The notes below the pieces were generated by a model. That model made no database searches. It was not told the origin of the DNA and worked only from the letters and a program-made list of their open reading frames with translations. Shown here one piece after another: positions 13,301-26,751 of a stretch of DNA of 64,000 bases. The first letter of the stretch is position 1. Each line of letters starts with the position of its first letter. The translations under genes were made by a program, and so were the position numbers. This stretch comes from Auanema rhodensis (lineage: Eukaryota > Animalia > Nematoda), in assembly GCA_964057225.1 (NCBI GenBank), contig CAXKVF010000076.1:310001-374000 (forward strand), in the 5' to 3' direction.

Positions 13301-16300
13301 TGTTTTTAGACTAATATGGACATGAGGAATCTAATTTTGAAAACCGCATCTCTTTATCTTTCACGTGAAGCGAGTTACATACCAAATGCACATCACGTGT
13401 ACATTTAATTAGCATAAATTAAAGTTCACGTAAATTTCAAAGTCGTGGTTACCATGCACCAATATCAATAAAAATTCGTTTTTAGACTAATATGGACATG
13501 GGGAATCTAATTTTGAAAACCGCATCTCTTTATCTTTCACGTGAAGCGAGTTACATACCAAGTGCACATCACGTGTACATTTAATTAGCATAAATTAAAG
13601 TTCACGTAAATTTCAAAGTCATGGTTACCATGCACCAATATCAATAAAAATTTGTTTTTAGACTAATATGGACATGGGGAATCTAATTTTGAAAACCGCA
13701 TCTCTTTATCTTTCACGTTAAGCGAGTTACATACCAAGTGCACATCACGTGTACATTTAATTAGCATAAATTAAAGTTCACGTAAATTTCAAAGTCATGG
13801 TTACCATGCACCAATATCAATAAAAATTTGTTTTTAGACTAATATGGACATGGGGAATCTAATTTTGAAAACCGCATCTCTTTATCTTTCACGTGAAGCG
13901 AGTTACATACCAAGTGCACATCACGTGTACATTTAATTAGCATAAATTAAAGTTCACGTAAATTTCAAAGTCATGGTTACCATGCACCAATATCAATAAA
14001 AATTTGTTTTTAGACTAATATGGACATGGGGAATCTAATTTTGAAAACCGCATCTCTTCATCTTTCACGTGAAGCGAGTTACATACCAAGTGCACATCAC
14101 GTGTACATTTAATTAGCATAAATTAAAGTTCACGTAAATTTCAAAGTCATGGTTACCATGCACCAATATCAATAAAAATTTGTTTTTAGACTAATATGGA
14201 CATGGGGAATCTAATTTTGAAAACCGCATCTCTTTATCTTTCACGTGAAGCGAGTTACATACCAAGTGCACATCACGTGTACATTTAATTAGCATAAATT
14301 AAAGTTCACGTAAATTTCAAAGTCATGGTTACCATGCACCAATATCAATAAAAATTTGTTTTTAGACTAATATGGACATGGGGAATCTAATTTTGAAAAC
14401 CGCATCTCTTTATCTTTCACGTGAAGCGAGTTACATACCAAGTGCACATCACGTGTACATTTAATTAGCATAAATTAAAGTTCACGTAAAATTCAAAGTC
14501 ATGGTTACCATGAACCAATATCAATAAAAATTTGTTTTTAGACTAATATGGACATGGGGAATCTAATTTTGAAAACCGCATCTCTTTATCTTTCACGTGA
14601 AGCGAGTTACATACCAAGTGCACATCACGTGTACATTTAATTAGCATAAATTAAAGTTCACGTAAATTTCAAAGTCATGGTTACCATGCACCAATATCAA
14701 TAAAAATTTGTTTTTAGACTAATATGGACATGAGGAATCTAATTTTGAAAACCGCATCTCTTTATCTTTCACGTGAAGCGAGTTACATACCAAGTGCACA
14801 TCACGTGTACATTTAATTAGCATAAATTAAAGTTCACGTAAATTTCAAAGACATGGTTACCATGCACCAATATCAATAAAAATTTGTTTTTAGACTAATA
14901 TGGACATGAGGAATCTAATTTTGAAAACCGCATCTCTTTATCTTTCACTTGAAGCGAGTTACATACCAAATGCACATCACGTGTACATTTAATTAGCATA
15001 AATTAAAGTTCACGTAAATTTCAAAGTCGTGGTTACCATGCACCAATATCAATAAAAATTCGTTTTTAGACTAATATGGACATGGGGAATCTAATTTTGA
15101 AAACCGCATCTCTTTATCTTTCACGTGAAGCGAGTTACATACCAAGTGCACATCACGTGTACATTTAATTAGCATAAATTAAAGTTCACGTAAATTTCAA
15201 AGTCATGGTTACCATGCACCAATATCAATAAAAATTTGTTTTTAGACTAATATGGACATGGGGAATCTAATTTTGAAAACCGCATCTTTTCATCTTTCAC
15301 GTGAAGCGAGTTACATACCAAGTGCACATCAAGTGTACATTTAATTAGCATAAATTAAAGTTCACGTAAATTTCAAAGTCATGGTTACCATGCACCAATA
15401 TCAATAAAAATTTGTTTTTAGACTAATATGGACATGGAGAATCTAATTTTGAAAATCGCATCTCTTTATCTTTCACGTGAAGCGAGTTACATACCAAGTG
15501 CACATCACGTGTACATTTAATTAGCATAAATTAAAGTTCACGTAAATTTCAAAGTCATGGTTACCATGCACCAATATCAATAAAAATTTGTTTTTAGACT
15601 AATATGGACATGGGGAATCTAATTTTGAAAACCGCATCTCTTTATCTTTCACGTGAAGCGAGTTACATACCAAGTGCACATCACGTGTACATTTAATTAG
15701 CATAAATTAAAGTTCACGTAAATTTCAAATTCATGGTTACCATGAACCAATATCAATAAAAATTTGTTTTTAGACTAATATGGACATGGGGAATCTAATT
15801 TTGAAAACCGCATCTCTTTATCTTTCACGTGAAGCGAGTTACATACCAAGTGCACATCACGTGTACATTTAATTAGCATAAATTAAAGTTCACGTAAATT
15901 TCAAAGTCATGGTTACCATGCACCAATATCAATAAAAATTTGTTTTTAGACTAATATGGACATGAGGAATCTAATTTTGAAAACCGCATCTCTTTATCTT
16001 TCACGTGAAGCGAGTTACATACCAAGTGCACATCACGTGTACATTTAATTAGCATAAATTAAAGTTCACGTAAATTTCAAAGTCATGGTTACCATGCACC
16101 AATATCAATAAAAATTTGTTTTTAGACTAATATGGACATGAGGAATCTAATTTTGAAAACCGCATCTCTTTATCTTTCACGTGAAGCGAGTTACATACCA
16201 AATGCACATCACGTGTACATTTAATTAGCATAAATTAAAGTTCACGTAAATTTCAAAGTCGTGGTTACCATGCACCAATATCAATAAAAATTCGTTTTTA

Positions 16301-19300
16301 GACTAATATGGACATGGGGAATCTAATTTTGAAAACCGCATCTCTTTATCTTTCACGTGAAGCGAGTTACATACCAAGTGCACATCACGTGTACATTTAA
16401 TTAGCATAAATTAAAGTTCACGTAAATTTCAAAGTCATGGTTACCATGCACCAATATCAATAAAAATTTGTTTTTAGACTAATATGGACATGGGGAATCT
16501 AATTTTGAAAACCGCATCTCTTTATCTTTCACGTGAAGCGAGTTACATACAAAGTGCACATCACGTGTACATTTAATTAGCATAAATTAAAGTTCACGTA
16601 AATTTCAAAGTCGTGGTTACCATGCACCAATATCAATAAAAATTCGTTTTTAGACTAATATGGACATGGGGAATCTAATTTTGAAAACCGCATCTCTTTA
16701 TCTTTCACGTGAAGCGAGTTACATACCAAGTGCACATCACGTGTACATTTAATTAGCATAAATTAAAGTTCACGTAAATTTCAAAGTCATGGTTACCATG
16801 CACCAATATCAATAAAAATTCGTTTTTAGACTAATATGGACATGGGGAATCTAATTTTGAAAACCGCATCTCTTTATCTTTTACGTGAAGCGAGTTACAT
16901 ACCAAGTGCACATCACGTGTACATTTAATTAGCATAAATTAAAGTTCACGTAAATTTCAAAGTCGTGGTTACCATGCACCAATATCAATAAAAATTCGTT
17001 TTTAGACTAATATGGACATGGGGAATCTAATTTTGAAAACCGCATCTCTTTATCTTTCACGTGAAGCGAGTTACATACCAAGTGCACATCACGTGTACAT
17101 TTAATTAGCATAAATTAAAGTTCACGTAAATTTCAAAGTCATGGTTACCATGCACCAATATCAATAAAAATTCGTTTTTAGACTAATATGGACATGGGGA
17201 ATCTAATTTTGAAAACCGCATCTCTTTATCTTTCACGTGAAGCGAGTTACATACCAAGTGCACATCACGTGTACATTTAATTAGCATAAATTAAAGTTCA
17301 CGTAAATTTCAAAGTCGTGGTTACCATGCACCAATATCAATAAAAATTCGTTTTTAGACTAATATGGACATGGGGAATCTAACTTTGAAAACCGCATCTC
17401 TTTATCTTTCACGTGAAGCGAGTTACATACCAAGTGCACATCACGTGTACATTTAATTAGCATAAATTAAAGTTCACGTAAATTTCAAAGTCATGGTTAC
17501 CATGCACCAATATCAATAAAAATTCGTTTTTAGACTAATATGGACATGGGGAATCTAATTTTGAAAACCGCATCTCTTTATCTTTCACGTGAAGCGAGTT
17601 AAATACCAAGTGCACATCACGTGTACATTTAATTAGCATAAATTAAAGTTCACGTAAATTTCAAAGTCGTGGTTACCATGCACCAATATCAATAAAAATT
17701 CGTTTTTAGACTAATATGGACATGGGGAATCTAACTTTGAAAACCGCATCTCTTTATCTTTCACGTGAAGCGAGTTACATACCAAGTGCACATCACGTGT
17801 ACATTTAATTAGCATAAATTAAAGTTCACGTAAATTTCAAAGTCATGGTTACCATGCACCAATATCAATAAAAATTTGTTTTTAGACTAATATGGACATG
17901 AGGAATCTAATTTTGAAAACCGCATCTCTTTATCTTTCACGTGAAGCGAGTTACATACCAAATGCACATCACGTGTACATTTAATTAGCATAAATTAAAG
18001 TTCACGTAAATTTCAAAGTCGTGGTTACCATGCACCAATATCAATAAAAATTCGTTTTTAGACTAATATGGACATGGGGAATCTAATTTTGAAAACCGCA
18101 TCTCTTTATCTTTCACGTGAAGCGAGTTACATACCAAGTGCACATCACGTGTACATTTAATTAGCATAAATTAAAGTTCACGTAAATTTCAAAGTCATGG
18201 TTACCATGCACCAATATCAATAAAAATTTGTTTTTAGACTAATATGGACATGGGGAATCTAATTTTGAAAACCGCATCTCTTTATCTTTCACGTGAAGCG
18301 AGTTACATACAAAGTGCACATCACGTGTACATTTAATTAGCATAAATTAAAGTTCACGTAAATTTCAAAGTCGTGGTTACCATGCACCAATATCAATAAA
18401 AATTCGTTTTTAGACTAATATGGACATGGGGAATCTAATTTTGAAAACCGCATCTCTTTATCTTTCACGTGAAGCGAGTTACATACCAAGTGCACATCAC
18501 GTGTACATTTAATTAGCATAAATTAAAGTTCACGTAAATTTCAAAGTCATGGTTACCATGCACCAATATCAATAAAAATTCGTTTTTAGACTAATATGGA
18601 CATGGGGAATCTAATTTTGAAAACCGCATCTCTTTATCTTTCACGTGAAGCGAGTTACATACCAAGTGCACATCACGTGTACATTTAATTAGCATAAATT
18701 AAAGTTCACGTAAATTTCAAAGTCGTGGTTACCATGCACCAATATCAATAAAAATTCGTTTTTAGACTAATATGGACATGGGGAATCTAACTTTGAAAAC
18801 CGCATCTCTTTATCTTTCACGTGAAGCGAGTTACATACCAAGTGCACATCACGTGTACATTTAATTAGCATAAATTAAAGTTCACGTAAATTTCAAAGTC
18901 ATGGTTACCATGCACCAATATCAATAAAAATTTGTTTTTAGACTAATATGGACATGGGGAATCTAATTTTGAAAACCGCATCTCTTCATCTTTCACGTGA
19001 AGCGAGTTACATACCAAGTGCACATCAAGTGTACATTTAATTAGCATAAATTAAAGTTCACGTAAATTTCAAAGTCGTGGTTACCATGCACCAATATCAA
19101 TAAAAATTCGTTTTTAGACTAATATGGACATGGGGAATCTAATTTTGAAAACCGCATCTCTTTATCTTTCACGTGAAGCGAGTTACATACCAAGTGCACA
19201 TCACGTGTACATTTAATTAGCATAAATTAAAGTTCACGTAAATTTCAAAGTCATGGTTACCATGCACCAATATCAATAAAAATTCGTTTTTAGACTAATA

Positions 19301-22300
19301 TGGACATGGGGAATCTAATTTTGAAAACCGCATCTCTTTATCTTTCACGTGAAGCGAGTTACATACCAAGTGCACATCACGTGTACATTTAATTAGCATA
19401 AATTAAAGTTCACGTAAATTTCAAAGTCGTGGTTACCATGCACCAATATCAATAAAAATTCGTTTTTAGACTAATATGGACATGGGGAATCTAACTTTGA
19501 AAACCGCATCTCTTTATCTTTCACGTGAAGCGAGTTACATACCAAGTGCACATCACGTGTACATTTAATTAGCATAAATTAAAGTTCACGTAAATTTCAA
19601 AGTCATGGTTACCATGCACCAATATCAATAAAAATTTGTTTTTAGACTAATATGGACATGGGGAATCTAATTTCGAAAACCGCATCTCTTTATCTTTCAC
19701 GTGAAGCGAGTTACATACCAAGTGCACATCACGTGTACATTTAATTAGCATAAATTAAAGTTCACGTAAATTTCAAAGTCATGGTTACCATGCACCAATA
19801 TCAATAAAAATTTGTTTTTAGACCAATATGGACATGGGGAATCTAATTTTGAAAACCGCATCTCTTCATCTTTCACGTGAAGCGAGTTACATACCAAGTG
19901 CACATCAAGTGTACATTTAATTAGCATAAATTAAAGTTCACGTAAATTTCAAAGTCATGGTTACCATGAACCAATATCAATAAAAATTTGTTTTTAGACT
20001 AATATGGACATGGGGAATCTAATTTTGAAAATCGCATCTCTTTATCTTTCACGTGAAGCGAGTTACATACCAAGTGCACATCACGTGTACATTTAATTAG
20101 CATAAATTAAAGTTCACGTAAATTTCAAAGTCATGGTTACCATGCACCAATATCAATAAAAATTTGTTTTTAGACTAATATGGACATGGGGAATCTAATT
20201 TTGAAAACCGCATCTCTTTATCTTTCACGTGAAGCGAGTTACATACCAAGTGCACATCACGTGTACATTTAATTAACATAAATTAAAGTTCACGTAAAAT
20301 TCAAAGTCATGGTTACCATGAACCAATATCAATAAAAATTTGTTTTTAGACTAATATGGACATGGGGAATCTAATTTTGAAAACCGCATCTCTTTATCTT
20401 TCACGTGAAGCGAGTTACATACCAAGTGCACATCACGTGTACATTTAATTAGCATAAATTAAAGTTCACGTAAATTTCAAAGTCATGGTTACCATGCACC
20501 AATATCAATAAAAATTTGTTTTTAGACTAATATGGACATGAGGAATCTAATTTTGAAAACCGCATCTCTTTATCTTTCACGTGAAGCGAGTTACATACCA
20601 AGTGCACATCACGTGTACATTTAATTAGCATAAATTAAAGTTCACGTAAATTTCAAAGTCATGGTTACCATGCACCAATATCAATAAAAATTTGTTTTTA
20701 GACTAATATGGACATGGGGAATCTAATTTTGAAAATCGCATCTCTTTATCTTTCACGTGAAGCGAGTTACATACCAAGTGCACATCACGTGTACATTTAA
20801 TTAGCATAAATTAAAGTTCACGTAAGTTTCAAAGTCATGGTTACCATGCACCAATATCAATAAAAATTTGTTTTTAGACTAATATGGACATGGGGAATCT
20901 AATTTTGAAAACCGCATCTCTTTATCTTTCACGTGAACCGAGTTACATACCAAGTGCACATCACGTGTACATTTAATTAGCATAAATTAAAGTTCACGTA
21001 AATTTCAAAGTCATGGTTACCATGAACCAATATCAATAAAAATTTGTTTTTAGACTAATATGGACATGGGGAATCTAATTTTGAAAACCGCATCTCTTTA
21101 TCTTTCACGTGAAGCGAGTTACATACCAAGTGCACATCACGTGTACATTTAATTAGCATAAATTAAAGTTCACGTAAATTTCAAAGTCATGGTTACCATG
21201 CACCAATATCAATAAAAATTTGTTTTTAGACTAATATGGACATGAGGAATCTAATTTTGAAAACCGCATCTCTTTATCTTTCACGTGAAGCGAGTTACAT
21301 ACCAAGTGCACATCACGTGTACATTTAATTAGCATAAATTAAAGTTCACGTAAGTTTCAAAGTCATGGTTACCATGCACCAATATCAATAAAAATTTGTT
21401 TTTAGACTAATATGGACATGAGGAATCTAATTTTGAAAACCGCATCTCTTTATCTTTCACGTGAAGCGAGTTACATACCAAATGCACATCACGTGTACAT
21501 TTAATTAGCATAAATTAAAGTTCACGTAAATTTCAAAGTCGTGGTTACCATGCACCAATATCAATAAAAATTCGTTTTTAGACTAATATGGACATGGGGA
21601 ATCTAATTTTGAAAACCGCATCTCTTTATCTTTCACGTGAAGCGAGTTACATACCAAGTGCACATCACGTGTACATTTAATTAGCATAAATTAAAGTTCA
21701 CGTAAATTTCAAAGTCATGGTTACCATGCACCAATATCAATAAAAATTTGTTTTTAGACTAATATGGACATGGGGAATCTAATTTTGAAAACCGCATCTC
21801 TTTATCTTTCACGTGAAGCGAGTTACATACCAAGTGCACATCACGTGTACATTTAATTAGCATAAATTAAAGTTCACGTAAATTTCAAAGTCGTGGTTAC
21901 CATGCACCAATATCAATAAAAATTCGTTTTTAGACTAATATGGACATGGGGAATCTAATTTTGAAAACCGCATCTCTTTATCTTTCACGTGAAGCGAGTT
22001 ACATACCAAGTGCACATCACGTGTACATTTAATTAGCATAAATTAAAGTTCACGTAAATTTCAAAGTCATGGTTACCATGCACCAATATCAATAAAAATT
22101 CGTTTTTAGACTAATATGGACATGGGGAATCTAATTTTGAAAACCGCATCTCTTTATCTTTCACGTGAAGCGAGTTACATACCAAGTGCACATCACGTGT
22201 ACATTTAATTAGCATAAATTAAAGTTCACGTAAATTTCAAAGTCGTGGTTACCATGCACCAATATCAATAAAAATTCGTTTTTAGACTAATATGGACATG

Positions 22301-25300
22301 GGGAATCTAACTTTGAAAACCGCATCTCTTTATCTTTCACGTGAAGCGAGTTACATACCAAGTGCACATCACGTGTACATTTAATTAGCATAAATTAAAG
22401 TTCACGTAAATTTCAAAGTCATGGTTACCATGCACCAATATCAATAAAAATTTGTTTTTAGACTAATATGGACATGGGGAATCTAATTTCGAAAACCGCA
22501 TCTCTTTATCTTTCACGTGAAGCGAGTTACATACCAAGTGCACATCACGTGTACATTTAATTAGCATAAATTAAAGTTCACGTAAATTTCAAAGTCATGG
22601 TTACCATGCACCAATATCAATAAAAATTTGTTTTTAGACTAATATGGACATGGGGAATCTAATTTTGAAAACCGCATCTCTTCATCTTTCACGTGAAGCG
22701 AGTTACATACCAAGTGCACATCAAGTGTACATTTAATTAGCATAAATTAAAGTTCACGTAAATTTCAAAGTCATGGTTACCATGAACCAATATCAATAAA
22801 AATTTGTTTTTAGACTAATATGGACATGGGGAATCTAATTTTGAAAATCGCATCTCTTTATCTTTCACGTGAAGCGAGTTACATACCAAGTGCACATCAC
22901 GTGTACATTTAATTAGCATAAATTAAAGTTCACGTAAATTTCAAAGTCATGGTTACCATGCACCAATATCAATAAAAATTTGTTTTTAGACTAATATGGA
23001 CATGGGGAATCTAATTTTGAAAACCGCATCTCTTTATCTTTCACGTGAAGCGAGTTACATACCAAGGGCACATCACGTGTACATTTAATTAGCATAAATT
23101 AAAGTTCACGTAAAATTCAAAGTCATGGTTACCATGAACCAATATCAATAAAAATTTGTTTTTAGACTAATATGGACATGGGGAATCTAATTTTGAAAAC
23201 CGCATCTCTTTATCTTTCACGTGAAGCGAGTTACATACCAAGTGCACATCACGTGTACATTTAATTAGCATAAATTAAAGTTCACGTAAATTTCAAAGTC
23301 GTGGTTACCATGCACCAATATCAATAAAAATTCGTTTTTAGACTAATATGGACATGGGGAATCTAACTTTGAAAACCGCATCTCTTTATCTTTCACGTGA
23401 AGCGAGTTACATACCAAGTGCACATCACGTGTACATTTAATTAGCATAAATTAAAGTTCACGTAAATTTCAAAGTCATGGTTACCATGCACCAATATCAA
23501 TAAAAATTTGTTTTTAGACTAATATGGACATGGGGAATCTAATTTCGAAAACCGCATCTCTTTATCTTTCACGTGAAGCGAGTTACATACCAAGTGCACA
23601 TCACGTGTACATTTAATTAGCATAAATTAAAGTTCACGTAAATTTCAAAGTCATGGTTACCATGCACCAATATCAATAAAAATTTGTTTTTAGACTAATA
23701 TGGACATGGGGAATCTAATTTTGAAAACCGCATCTCTTCATCTTTCACGTGAAGCGAGTTACATACCAAGTGCACATCAAGTGTACATTTAATTAGCATA
23801 AATTAAAGTTCACGTAAATTTCAAAGTCATGGTTACCATGAACCAATATCAATAAAAATTTGTTTTTAGACTAATATGGACATGGGGAATCTAATTTTGA
23901 AAATCGCATCTCTTTATCTTTCACGTGAAGCGAGTTACATACCAAGTGCACATCACGTGTACATTTAATTAGCATAAATTAAAGTTCACGTAAATTTCAA
24001 AGTCATGGTTACCATGCACCAATATCAATAAAAATTTGTTTTTAGACTAATATGGACATGGGGAATCTAATTTTGAAAACCGCATCTCTTTATCTTTCAC
24101 GTGAAGCGAGTTACATACCAAGTGCACATCACGTGTACATTTAATTAGCATAAATTAAAGTTCACGTAAAATTCAAAGTCATGGTTACCATGAACCAATA
24201 TCAATAAAAATTTGTTTTTAGACTAATATGGACATGGGGAATCTAATTTTGAAAACCGCATCTCTTTATCTTTCACGTGAAGCGAGTTACATTTCAAGTG
24301 CACATCACGTGTACATTTAATTAGCATAAATTAAAGTTCACGTAAATTTCAAAGTCATGGTTACCATGCACCAATATCAATAAAAATTTGTTTTTAGACT
24401 AATATGGACATGAGGAATCTAATTTTGAAAACCGCATCTCTTTATCTTTCACGTGAAGCGAGTTACATACCAAGTGCACATCACGTGTACATTTAATTAG
24501 CATAAATTAAAGTTCACGTAAATTTCAAAGTCATGGTTACCATGCACCAATATCAATAAAAATTTGTTTTTAGACTAATATGGACATGAGGAATCTAATT
24601 TTGAAAACCGCATCTCTTTATCTTTCACGTGAAGCGAGTTACATACCAAATGCACATCACGTGTACATTTAATTAGCATAAATTAAAGTTCATGTAAATT
24701 TCAAAGTCGTGGTTACCATGCACCAATATCAATAAAAATTCGTTTTTAGACTAATATGGACATGGGGAATCTAATTTTGAAAACCGCATCTCTTTATCTT
24801 TCACGTGAAGCGAGTTACATACCAAGTGCACATCACGTGTACATTTAATTAGCATAAATTAAAGTTCACGTAAATTTCAAAGTCATGGTTACCATGCACC
24901 AATATCAATAAAAATTTGTTTTTAGACTAATATGGACATGGGGAATCTAATTTTGAAAACCGCATCTCTTTATCTTTCACGTGAAGCGAGTTACATACCA
25001 AGTGCACATCACGTGTACATTTAATTAGCATAAATTAAAGTTCACGTAAATTTCAAAGTCATGGTTACCATGCACCAATATCAATAAAAATTTGTTTTTA
25101 GACTAATATGGACATGGGGAATCTAATTTTGAAAACCGCATCTCTTTATCTTTCACGTGAAGCGAGTTACATACCAAGTGCACATCACGTGTACATTTAA
25201 TTAGCATAAATTAAAGTTCACGTAAATTTCAAAGTCATGGTTACCATGCACCAATATCAATAAAAATTTGTTTTTAGACTAATATGGACATGGGGAATCT

Positions 25301-26575
25301 AATTTTGAAAACCGCATCTCTTCATCTTTCACGTGAAGCGAGTTACATACCAAGTGCACATCACGTGTACATTTAATTAGCATAAATTAAAGTTCACGTA
25401 AATTTCAAAGTCATGGTTACCATGCACCAATATCAATAAAAATTTGTTTTTAGACTAATATGGACATGGGGAATCTAATTTTGAAAACCGCATCTCTTTA
25501 TCTTTCACGTGAAGCGAGTTACATACCAAGTGCACATCACGTGTACATTTAATTAGCATAAATTAAAGTTCACGTAAATTTCAAAGTCATGGTTACCATG
25601 CACCAATATCAATAAAAATTTGTTTTTAGACTAATATGGACATGGGGAATCTAATTTTGAAAACCGCATCTCTTTATCTTTCACGTGAAGCGAGTTACAT
25701 ACCAAGTGCACATCACGTGTACATTTAATTAGCATAAATTAAAGTTCACGTAAATTTCAAAGTCATGGTTACCATGCACCAATATCAATAAAAATTTGTT
25801 TTTAGACTAATATGGACATGGGGAATCTAATTTTGAAAACCGCATCTCTTTATCTTTCACGTGAAGCGAGTTACATACCAAGTGCACATCACGTGTACAT
25901 TTAATTAGCATAAATTAAAGTTCACGTAAAATTCAAAGTCATGGTTACCATGAACCAATATCAATAAAAATTTGTTTTTAGACTAATATGGACATGGGGA
26001 ATCTAATTTTGAAAACCGCATCTCTTTATCTTTCACGTGAAGCGAGTTACATACCAAGTGCACATCACGTGTACATTTAATTAGCATAAATTAAAGTTCA
26101 CGTAAATTTCAAAGTCATGGTTACCATGCACCAATATCAATAAAAATTTGTTTTTAGACTAATATGGACATGAGGAATCTAATTTTGAAAACCGCATCTC
26201 TTTATCTTTCACGTGAAGCGAGTTACATACCAAGTGCACATCACGTGTACATTTAATTAGCATAAATTAAAGTTCACGTAAATTTCAAAGACATGGTTAC
26301 CATGCACCAATATCAATAAAAATTTGTTTTTAGACTAATATGGACATGAGGAATCTAATTTTGAAAACCGCATCTCTTTATCTTTCACTTGAAGCGAGTT
26401 ACATACCAAATGCACATCACGTGTACATTTAATTAGCATAAATTAAAGTTCACGTAAATTTCAAAGTCGTGGTTACCATGCACCAATATCAATAAAAATT
26501 CGTTTTTAGACTAATATGGACATGGGGAATCTAATTTTGAAAACCGCATCTCTTTATCTTTCACGTGAAGCAAGT
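7393..26575. repeat. Domain of variable-length degenerate HORs built on a marker monomer (G11A + A70G, usually with T102C)
   Basis: ccaaAtgc linked to gtcGtgg at 7579, 9514, 11802, 13386, 14970, 16202, 17962, 21482, 24650 and 26410; spacings of 11, 13, 9, 9, 7, 10, 20, 18 and 10 monomers; each preceded by a monomer carrying atgAgg. Confidence 0.8.
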
Positions 26576-26751
26576 TACATACCAAGTGCACATCACGTGT
26601 ACATTTAATTAGCATAAATTAAAGTTCACGTAAATTTCAAAGTCATGGTTACCATGCACCAATATCAATAAAAATTTGTTTTTAGACTAATATGGACATG
26701 GGGAATCTAATTTTGAAAACCGCATCTCTTTATCTTTCACGTGAAGCGAGT

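Noticed and set aside
19745-19927. 60-aa minus-strand ORF from the ORF track
   Set aside because: It is simply the satellite read in reverse. It is open only because T113C (19824, TAG>TGG, private) and T156C (19867, TAA>GAA) coincide in one monomer. There is no recognisable domain or gene context.
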